A stretch of 64,000 bases of DNA from positions 11,563 through 75,562 of the IMG/VR virus record IMGVR_UViG_3300042310_000541; one strand, 5' to 3'. The notes under the pieces were generated by a model. The model made no database searches. It worked only from the letters and a program-made list of their open reading frames with translations, and was not told the origin of the DNA. Shown here piece after piece: positions 31,001 through 43,000 of the stretch. Numbering within the stretch: the stretch's first letter is position 1; each line of letters starts with the position of its first letter. The translations under genes were made by a program, and so were the position numbers. This DNA comes from a virus.

Positions 31001-34000
31001 AATTATTAAAAGGAAGCAAATACACTGATGCGTTAAATGGTTTATATAAGCAGTTGGTAGAAAGCGAAAGAGAAAAAAAGAAAGAAAAATTAACTGAGCA
31101 AGATTTAATTTCTGAATTGTTTGGAAATCCAGAACAAGAGTATCCTGAGGATTTTGAAATTCCATCAGCTGATGAAGTTGATGATTCAGAACCTATTATA
31201 AATCAAGACAAAGGGAAAAAAGCTAAAACAGTAACTAAAACTAATCAAGGTTTTGATGGTATTATTTACAGAGACATCAACAAGGATGATCATTCTTTAA
31301 TTGGAGAATCTCAGAATACTTATATATTAAGAAACTTTAGAACTAAAAATACTATTGAGATAGCTAAATCAGACTTATCTCAATTTGAAAGAATAAATAA
31401 AGTTCAAAACCAAAGAGTTTTTAGATGGATTAATAAAAATGAAGTTAAAGGATACAGATTAAGAATTGTTACAAAAAATAACAACATTGATTTATACAGA
31501 GAGATACTTCAAGATAATCCAGATGCATTATTATACGAAACAAACAATCCTAATTATACAGGAATTTGGACTGTTATTACTAATGATAAAAATGAAATAG
31601 TAAGAGTTGATGGTAAACTATTAGCAATGACACTTGAAACTGTTGATAGAGTTTTAAATGATGATTTAATTGTAGATAAGAAAAAAGGGACAGAAGATAT
31701 AGCAGCAATTAGAGAAGCAGCTATTAATACTACAGATCCTAATGCTTATTTTGAAGTTAATAGCAAGTCTAATGGTATAGCTCAATTTGAAAATAAAGAA
31801 AATGGTAAAAGAGTTAGAAATTCTGTTATAGGAAGAATAATAAATAAATTTTCTGATACATTTAAACTTACATTAGCAACTCAAAAAGGAACATATTTAA
31901 ATGGAATACCTCTTGATTTAGGAAAGCTTTATATTGAAGATAAAGATGGTAGAGTATTAGATTTATTGCCAAGATTAATTAATGAATCAGAAATTAATTT
32001 GATTATAAATTTATTAGAACAAGAAATTACCGGCAATAAAGAAATTGATAAACCAATTGATGAAATAAAAAAGATTATTTCATTTAAGAAAACTGCAAAT
32101 CCACAATATCAATTATACATTAGCAATGGAGAATTGTTTTTTGGAGAAGATTCACTTAATAAAAATAATTTTGAAGAGAAAATAGAAGATTTAATTAGCT
32201 TTTTAGAATCAAAAAGAGTTAATGCAAATAATTTATACATAAATAAAAATATACAAGTACCAACAACAAATGGTAAAGGAAAAACTATTAGCTATGCTGA
32301 GTATTTATTAGAAGGTGAAAATCCTATGTTTGGAACAGACCTTAAAGATAAGTCAAATATTCAGTTTCTTAACCAATACTTAAGATATAATCCTACTATT
32401 AAATATGCAGAAGAAGTTGTTGAAGACAGTGATTTACCAACTGAAGATGATATAAACAGTGGTGTAATAATTGATTCATTAGGAGTAAGTGAAATTGACA
32501 ATAAGAAAAATGAAATAGAATTAGTCGCTAGAGAAATAAATAGGCTTGTTGGATTAAGAAGTAATGATAAAGTAGTAAGACAAGCAATAATTGATTCTAA
32601 TAATAAAAAAATAACATTAGAAGAACTAGATACTATAACTAAAAATTGGAATAATGCAAATGGATTGACAAATGCTTTTGCTAAAATTACTAGATTAAGA
32701 AGAGAGTTAGATGTTTTAGAAGGCAAACCCATTGCAACAACTCCTGTTTCTACAGATACTAAAGCTGATATAGAAAGAAGAAATACTTTTACAAGAGCTA
32801 CTCAAATGAAAGTATTACCAAAAGGAACTCCTATTTTTGGTGGTAAAACAGCAGATGGCAAAACTGAATTTTTAGATGATAAATTACAATTTAATAATGG
32901 TGATAGAATTACTTTTTTTGCAGAAAAAGAAAGAACAGGTATTTATAAAGATGGGAAAATAGTAGAAACTGGTACAAATAATCCTTGGGGATTAGTTGGA
33001 ATATTAATGGATGTTAAAGGATATATTAAAAACCAATCTAATATTAATACAGAACTAGCTGCTTTAGAAAATAAAGGTAATATTGCAATTGATTCATTAT
33101 TAGTAGATGAACCAACAAATATTATTGCTCCTAAATTAATGACTGTTCAGGTTGATTTATTATCATTAAGTATTGATGAATTAAAAAATGTAGCTACACA
33201 AATTAGACAGAAAGCTGTTGATGCTAGACAGGCAGAGAAAGAAGGAAAGACAATTATTGGTGGCTCTCAAGCAATTGAAAGTGATTATCAAGCAGTTAAA
33301 AAATATATTGCAGATTTAGTTTCTTTAAATAATACAGGTCAAGATGCAGAAATAGTTAATCAAGAAAAAAATACAACTCCGCCTAAAAAGAATAAACCAA
33401 GGAGAGATGAATTAAACAGATTAAGATCAAGAACTGCAGATACAACTTTAGTTGATAAAAAAGAAATTGAATGGTTTAAATATAATTTTCCAACAATTCC
33501 TATTGATAAAGTTATAGGTTTAATTGAGCAGAAATCAATGGGTAGATTCTTATCTTCTGCAAGAGTATTATTGTCTGATCAAGCTGTAACTGGTACATTG
33601 TATCACGAAGCATTTCATGCTGTTACTCAGTTGTATTTAACCAAAGAAGAAGTAGATAGATTGTATAAGGAAGTTGCAGAAAGAACTGGAATTACTGATA
33701 GATTTGAAGCTGAAGAATTATTAGCTGAAGACTTTATTAACTATAAAAAAAATGGGGCAGTCCTAAAAGGAGCGCCACAAAGAAACACATTATTTAGAAA
33801 AATATTAAATGCAATTAAAGACTTCTTAGGATTAAAAGCATCTGATATTAATGAAGTTTACAGAAGACTTGACAGTGGTTATTACAGAAATAGCAAAGTT
33901 GTAGGACTAAAAGAATTTAGCAGTTTAAACAAAGATAGTGACAAAGAATTTGTTACTAAAGAAAAAGGTACAAAGTTTCTTATTGATACTTTAGACGGAA

Positions 34001-37000
34001 TGGACTTAATGTTTTTTAATGCTACTCTTCATCCAGACTCTGCTAATAAAAACATATCAAATATTATATATAATAAATTTTTAGATCTTTATGAAGCTGA
34101 AGAAAATCCTGAGTTAATTGATGCTTATGATTTTATTACTGATAATTTTGAAAGAGTTAATTCATTATGGAAAGAAAGACTTTCATCTCTTGGCTTTAAA
34201 TTTTCAGAAGATAGATTTGATTATACTGAAGATTCTGAAGAAAGAGGAACTGAAACTCTTGATGAAAAAGAAGAACAAGTAAAAGAAGATTTAAAAGGAA
34301 CAAAAGATCAAAACTTTGTAAATCAAAAAGACTTACTTACTTCAAGCTCAAAAATGTTAATCAAATCTTTAAAAAGATTAAATTACAAAAATGACTTAGG
34401 ACTAGAAGTTCCATTAGATTTTGGACAAACTTATAATTACTTAATAAAGAATATTGCTGGAACTGGCAATAACTATCTTGACATTATGGATAAGCTAAAA
34501 AGCTTAGTTAAAGATAAGCCAGAAATTCAACAATTAATAGATATGCTTGGAGAAACTGGAGACAGTATATCTAACAAGCAATTTAACTTGCAAACTGCTT
34601 TTACTAAAGATTTTAATAAGACAAGAACTGATAGTTTAATTACAGTTATTTCACCTAATGGAGCTATAAGAATTATAGATGCTACAAAGATGAATGATGC
34701 TGATATGGTTAAAGAGATCTGGAATAGTAATTTAGTATCTCTTTTCCCTCAGAATGAAGCAGGAAATCAAGTTATACCTAATGTAAAAGAATTTATTAAA
34801 GTAAGAGATAATATTGAGTTCTTAGGTAAGATTGGCATTCAATTTAATGAATATGCATTAGATTATTTAAATGAAAATCAAAGTGAGCTAACAGATTCTG
34901 TTACAGCTATAAAAAACTATTTAATTGCTCAAGACGGAAATGTAAATTCTTTATTTTCAAGTAAGTCTGATCTTTATAAAAGGATAGATAATTTAATAAA
35001 TATAGAGGCTAAATATGCTCCTTATGTAAATGAGCTAAGCTTTATATCAACAGAAGGCAAGACAGTTTATTCTGTTGGTGAGAATAATGGATTATCAAGA
35101 ACTATTAATGAAATTAATAAGTCAAAAAACTTGACTGAATTAAGACAAAGACTTCCTCATCTTGATACTGTTACAGTTAGAAACAGTCAATACATTAAAA
35201 AACTATTTGATGAAAATGGTGTAAAAATACCAGGAGCTGAGGTTAAGTTATATTTGCAAGATGGTATTAAATCATCTTCAGATGCTGACAATCAAGTTAG
35301 GCAATCAACTAGAAAGTCTACTATTGGTGATTTAATGACACAACAGTTTAACTCTTTGTTGCAAAAAGGAATATCTTCTTTTATTGTTTCAGCTGATAAA
35401 TCATCTGAATTTGGAATTGGACTTTCTTTAAAAGAAGGAAATCTTGTTATACCAATTGATTTTGTTGAGAATAATTTTAATTCACCTAAAATAAAAGAAA
35501 TATTTAGAGGCTATTTTGAAGATGAATTAAATAGAATTGCTTTATTTATTCTTGATGAAGTTGGTAATAATATTGATTACTACAGAAAAGAAGCTAAAAA
35601 CTTTACTATATTTCAAGATATTATTCCATCTGACACAAGAAAGAGTATTATAAAGAAATTAGATGAACTTAAGAATGAAGGAAAGTCTTATAAAGACGCA
35701 AAAGCAAATATAGAAGAATTGCTTGACAATAATTTTGAAGCTGTTAATAAGAAAACAGTTGAATTCTTTGAAAATTATGAAAAAGAATTGACTAAAATGT
35801 CAAAAAAGTTTAAGTTAATAAATGGAGATAATTTTAGTGGAATAACAGATGATGTTAAAAGCAAGCATTCTAATGAAGCTTTAATAAGAGCAATTGCAAT
35901 AAATAGTTATATTAACAATGTTGAACAAACAAAATTATTTACCGGTGATTTAGCTTTTTATAAAGCAATATATAAAAGAAGTGCTGCATTTGCAGGTACT
36001 AAAGAAATACCAAGAGTTGACAGTGCTATTAATTCATACTTAACTAAGAATTTTCCTAGAAAAGATGGTAAGGTTCAAGATGGTATGGAAAATGTCGTTG
36101 TATTTGAAAATGTTGAGACTCAAAAATTAGAGCTTGATGAATACTTAGATGCTTATAAAAAGAAAGGAATTAGCAATGAAGCTGCTTTAAAAATACTTGG
36201 ATTTACTAAAGCAGATATTGAAAAAATAAATAGAAAAGAATCTATAGAAAAGTCTAAGGGAAAAGCTTATGCTAAAATGGATGAAGGTGATGCTATGGGT
36301 TGGTGCACTATTGATTTTTACAGAGAGTTTATGAATAGACTTTCTAATTGGTCAGATGCTCAAGAGTTTGCTTATCAAAAGATGCAAATGCAAAAGTTTG
36401 ATGATGAAGGAAATTTGACAGAAGGAGAGTTATTGACTGGAAAAGAAATACAATTATTTCAACAATTAAAACTGCAGTATGCTGGTCCACAAGAAATGAC
36501 AGGTTCATTATTTGCACCTGCTTATCATAAATTTACTGTACTTCCATTATTACCAGAGTTAGTTAAAGGTAAAAACATATCTAAGACACTTAAGAATATG
36601 ACTGATAGTGCTGCTGGATATGGTTTATTTGGTTCAGGCTCTAAGGTTGGTACTGTTACAAATGCAAATGGTGAATTAACTCCATTTTATACAGGTAAAA
36701 ACAATGGACAAATAAATTCTGAAGGATACAACATTCAAAGAGTTTATTATAATTTTTTAGGATTACAACAAAAACCATCTAAGCCACATGATACAGCTGT
36801 ATTTTCTACTCAGTTTAGAAAAACACCTTGGATTGGATCTTTTGAAAATGGCAAAGAGTTAATTGAAGGAGCAATGCAAAGATTTGAAGATTTTTCAAAT
36901 CTTATTAATCAAAAAACTCAAGATGCAAAAGATGAATTGTTAATTGAATTAGGAATTAGACCTGGAGATACAACATACACTTCTACTAATGTTGAAAATT

Positions 37001-40000
37001 TAGTTAATTTATTACAAGATGAAGCTAGACAAAGAAATCTTCCTGATAATTTAATTGAATCAATTGATTTTAGAATTGAAGAAGGCAAACAAATTCTTAA
37101 AACTAAATTTGATGCTGTTGTAAATAAAGACAAAATAACTTCTATGTTAATGTCTTTAATAGATGCAAGAATCATCAGACAGCAATTTAATGGTGATGCA
37201 TATGTATTATCATCAGTTGCAGGATTTGAGCCTATAGGTGAAAGATCTAAGGGCCCTAATGAAGCATTAAGAGGATATACAATAGATCCTGTTACAGGTA
37301 AAACACTTCCAGCTGAAGTAATGATACCAATGAGTAAAAATTATTATCCATTATTTAAAATGTTTGGTAATAATTTAGATAAGTTAAATGAAGCTATAAG
37401 AAATAAAGACCCAAAGATTGATCAAAGAGTTTTAGAGTTGATTGGATGTAGGATTCCAGGACAGGAACATAACTCTAATGAGTATTTAACTATTAAAGAA
37501 TTTCTTCCTGAAGCCAGTGCAACTACAATGATTGCTCATCCTGAGATTGTAGCTAAAGCAGGTAGTGACTTTGATAATGATAAATTATTTACATACAGAG
37601 CTAAAATAAATCCAGATGGATCTTATGACACTAAAAGTATTGATAATGGCATTGTTAAAGTTTTAAAAGATCAAATATCTCATGAAAGTAATTTTACAAA
37701 ACTTATAACTCCAAACTCCACTTCTATTGTAGATGAATTTGTTGAACATTTGAAATATATAAATTATAAAAACAGGTTAACAATAAAGAATAGAACTGCA
37801 AAAGAACCTGCAAAAATAATGGATGAAGATAAGTATTTAGAAACACTAAATCAAGAAGGTGTTAAATACTCTGACTTATTAAAAATAACAAAACAAATTG
37901 AAGCCAGGTATAAACTATGGTTAGCTAAAGATGAAGTTGGGCCAGTAGCTATTGCTAATGCTTATGGGCCAATAGCTCAAGCTGGAAACTTAACTGCAAA
38001 TCAATTCTTTTTTAGAGAAACTATTCAGAAAGGTGTAAAAATTACAGAAAGAGTTCCTGTTAATATAAGATTAAAGCATAATAAAACTGATGATGGTAAG
38101 ATAAATCTTGCAGCTTATTTAGATGCAGAAAAAGTTAACCCTATAACACAGGTTAATGGACAACAGATTAACATTGTTGTGGATGCTGCAAATGAAGTTG
38201 AACCTTCAGTAGCTTATTTAAATATGGTTATGGAAACATTGCCTGTTTATTTATATTTGAATAGAGCCGGTGTTGAATTTCAAACTGTTGCATCTTTTAT
38301 GACTCAAAATATAATGACAGAGTATTTAACCTTAAAAGGTATATCTAACTCTGCATTGTCAAAAGTACTTGGCCTTGATGCAGACTCAAATGCAATTACT
38401 CAAGCTAGAAAGAAATACGTTGATTATTTGCTTAATAATATTGCAGAATTAAAAGGAAAAGAAGAAAATCTTCCTGCTTTTTTAGCTGAGCATCAAAAAG
38501 ATGAATTAAGCAAAAGTGATTTAATGGATTATTTAGAAGTTGAAAATCAAGAAGGTATAGAGTATGCAATTACTCAACTTCAAGTTTTAGATGATTATAC
38601 TGAATACAGAGAACATGCTAGAATGTTAAATGAAGCTGTAAGAACAACTAATCATGATTCAGCAGGTACTGGACAAAATCTAATATCAGTTGAAGAGAAA
38701 AAATTGCTTGAAATAAAAGTTGCTAAAGCTGGTTTTATTAATGGACTTGAAAGAGTTAAAGATACATTTTTAGGTGCTTTTAATCAAGATGAATTAGCAT
38801 TAAAAGCTTATAGTCCTTTCTTCTATACAAAGAGTGATTCTGTTGTAAAAAATAACACAATTTATTTATTGCAAGAAGTAAAGAATAATAACTTTATTTT
38901 TAGCAAAGATGATTCAGTAAAGACAGGTAATTTAATAGAGAATGATTTTATTAATTTTATAGTTCAAAATTATGGCTATGAAAATCCTTCTCAAAGAATG
39001 GATGAATTGTTTAGAGGAGAAAATAGTATTGCTAAAAGAGTGTTAGAATTAAAGAACAGAGCAAAAAGTTTAAATAAACCTAAAGATGAATTAACCAGTA
39101 GAGAATTAGAAGAAAAAGAAATTGTTGATAATATTTTAATATCTCAATTGTATCCTATGTTAAGGACTGAAAAGAAGTCTGTTGACAATATAAAACTTTT
39201 TAATAAAAAGATTGATACATACACAAGCAATCAATTGACTGAAGCTTTTAGGCAATTAATGTCATTAGATCCGGAGTTAACAAAAGATATTATAGACTTA
39301 GGAATACTGCAATCAGGATTAAATAACAGTCCTATTACATTCTTAGGAATTATACCTAATTCTTATTATAGTGAAGTTGTCAATAAAGGATTTGACAAAT
39401 TCTCTGAAATGAATAATAAAGATGAAATTATAAAGCAATTTAATCAATTATTTTTAAGAAACAATGCTAAAGATAGATTTATAAGCAAAGTTGCTTATGT
39501 TAAAGGTTTAAATAAAGAAGAATTAGGAGATGGAATGTTTGGTAAGAATTTCTTAATGAAAAATTACATTCCTTCAATGAAAGACAATGTTGAAACTAAT
39601 GTTGAATCTACTGAAAAATCTAATGTTCAAGATCCAAAAACACCAGAGTTTAATAAACTTCCAGGTAAATCACTAACACCTAGTATGACTTATGCTGGTA
39701 TAGGATCTAGACAAACACCACAAGAAGCTCTTGATCTTATGACTCAAATTGCTAAGTATCTTGATGATTTAGGTTATACATTAAGAAGTGGTGCAGCAGA
39801 AGGTGCAGACACAGCATTTGAAAATGGAGCAACAAAAAAGGAAATATTTAAAGGATTTGATAAAACAGGTCAAAGAGAAATAAATGTTGCTAATGAAATA
39901 CATCCTGATCTTCAGGGTGCTATGAATGCATCTAAATCTAAAAAAATAAAATCAAGATTAGCTGAAGGTGCAACACAAGAAGAAGCTGAAAAATCAGGTG

Positions 40001-43000
40001 AAAAATCTGCATGGGCTGTTCAAAACTTAATGGCTAGAAATACTAATCAAGTATTTGGTGCTAATTTAGATACACCAGTAGATTTTGTATTATTCTGGGC
40101 ACAAGAAATTCCTGGTTCAATTAGACCAAAAGGTGGTACAGGACAAGCTGTAGAAATGGCAAGAAGAAAAGGTATTCCTACTATTAATATGGCAGATGCT
40201 AATTGGAAAGAACAATTAAAAGCAGCTATTGCTAATAAGTCTTCTGCTCAACCTGCCACTAGTGTTAAACCTACAATAGATACATCAAGAGAGTGGAAAA
40301 GTGATTTAGAGTCAAGACCAGTTTACACTTCAGAAGGAGTTAATACTATGAGAACAAGTGATGCTAATGCTTTTGAAAATTTTGGCAATCCTTTTAGTGA
40401 AGCTGGATATGGAGGAACTATAAAAGTTGATAGTGTTAAAGAAGCAGTTTTAGCATATAAAGAATGGCTGTTAGGTAATAATTATCAAGATGTTAAACCA
40501 CAGCAAAGAGAATGGATACTTAATCAAATAAATTCAGGTAAACTTGATGGAGCTACATTATTGTATGCAGGAAAATTAGAAGCAAGAGGACAGGGTATGC
40601 ATCCTATAGCATTAGCTGAAGTTGTTGAACAATTAAGAACTACTCAACCATCTACTAGTGTTGACCAAGAATTTAAAAAAGGAGTAGAAATATCTTCTAA
40701 TTCTAAAGGATTAGCTGCAGCTCTTACTAATCCAACAGAATTAGCTAAATCTAAAGGTAATCTTGCACAATCTTATCCTGTTCAATTAGATTTATTAATA
40801 GGAGTTAATAAAAAAGGAATCAATTCAAAAACAGGTGTTGCAGAAGACTCTGAAGCTGCTTATCAAGCATTAAAAGATACAGCTACTAAAGATGAAGGGC
40901 CTAATAGTACTTACAATCTTATGGTAGATATTATAAAAGCTAAACTTGAACAACATCCTAGACTTGCAAGTGAAATAAAGAAACTAGGTGGTTCTGATTG
41001 GATATTATCCTCTACACATCAGCCAACTTCTAAAAATAGTGTTTGGGAGACAGGAGGTAAAAATTGGTTTATTAAAGCTCTTAATGATGCTTATTTATTA
41101 ACTGGAAATAATTTTAAAACTAAAATTGATCAATTTAATTATACTTATAATCCAAATACAGGAGAAGTAATACACAACTCTAAAACTGGAGATAAAGTAG
41201 AAGATAATGAAACTCAAATAAACAAAGTGTTAGCTCAATATGCTGTAGAAAGTGGATATGATATTAAAACATTTAACAATGCTGAATATGTAAAAATAAA
41301 TGATAAAGTTTTAAATGCAAAAAGCGGAAATTTAGTTACTCAAAAACAAATATTAGATTTATTTAATAACGCTGAAGCAGTTAAAAATATTGACAATAAT
41401 ACTCAAGAAGTATCAGTTGATAATACTTTTACATTTGCTGATGGTGTATCAATAAATACCGGCAATATAAAATTAAATGAACAGCAAAAGCAAGCATTGC
41501 AATTAGCTGTAAATGCAATAAATAATAAACAAACTAAATTTGTACTTAAGGGATATGCAGGAACAGGAAAAAGTACAATTGCTAAATTTATACAATTTTA
41601 CATAGAAAAAAAACATAGGGGAGCAAAGCAAATTGCATATGCAGCTCCTATGCACAAAGCTTCTATCAATTTATTGATTCAATTAATAAGAGGTGGAAAT
41701 TTAAAATCATTACCAAATACTGTTGCTAAATTTTTAAATAAAAGAAAAATTGATGGTAAATTTGTTCCAGGTCCAAAAAACTTAATGCCTATTAATGGAG
41801 TTGCAATTATAGATGAATCATCCATGATTGATAATATAGACTATAATGACATAGTAAAACTTGCTAAAGATAAGAATTCAACTGTTATATTTATGGGTGA
41901 TCCAGCTCAGTTGCCACCTGTAGCAAGTAATACATTAAGCCCTGCTCTAACATATACTCAAGACAATGAAGGTGTAGAATTAACTGAAGTTATGAGACAA
42001 AAAGAAACTAATCCTGTTTTAAATCTAGTTACAGCTATAAGAAGCAATCTTTTAAAAATAACAGAAAGTTTTTCTTTTGATTCAAATGTAAATGATAAAA
42101 AAGAAGGAAATGAATTTATTAAAGATAGAACGCAATTTATGGATAAAATAAATGAATTATTTTCTTCAGATGAATATAAAAAAGATCCTACATATGCAAA
42201 AATAGTAACTTATTCTAATAATTCTGTTTATAATTACAATCAAACAATTTTTGCAAAAATGAATATAGATGAGCCATATGGTGTTGGTTCTGTTCTTATG
42301 GGATATGAACAATCAACTCCTGAGCCAGTTGTTCATAATGGCCAAGACTATGAAGTAGTAGAAAATAAATACAAAGATGAAGACAATTCATATCTTCTTT
42401 CAGCAAATATTAATGGTTCTACTTATGAAATTAAAGGTAAAATTTCAGGCTGGAATGTAAAAATTAAAAGAATCTTTAATGAAGAAGATACTGCATTAAT
42501 TAAAAGTAGTGGTTCTACAGCTTCATTATTAGATTCTCAAGAAATATTTATAATTAATCCATATGATGACAGCAATATAGATATAATGATGCAATTTTTA
42601 AAATTCAAAGAAGTGATTTCAGATAATAGTATTCCTTGGAGAAGCAGAGCTGATGCTAGTGAAAGATTAGATAGATTGTTTAGCAAATATCAATTTCCTG
42701 AAGATTTGCTAATGTTTGAAGGAAAACCTACAACTTTATCTATGCTTAAAAACAAAAGACCTGATTTGTTTAAACTTCAAGAAAATGGTAAAACAAAATT
42801 TGAAGAATTAAATATTAAAGCTTTTTATAATAAAAACATAGATTATGGATATGCTGTAACATCACACAAAGCTCAAGGTTCTACATACAAAAATGTATTT
42901 GTTGATTATCAAAATATGGATAATCCATTCAACAACAGGGTGATTAGCTACAATGGAGATGCATATGGAAATGAAAGAAATATGTTAAAATATGTTGCAT

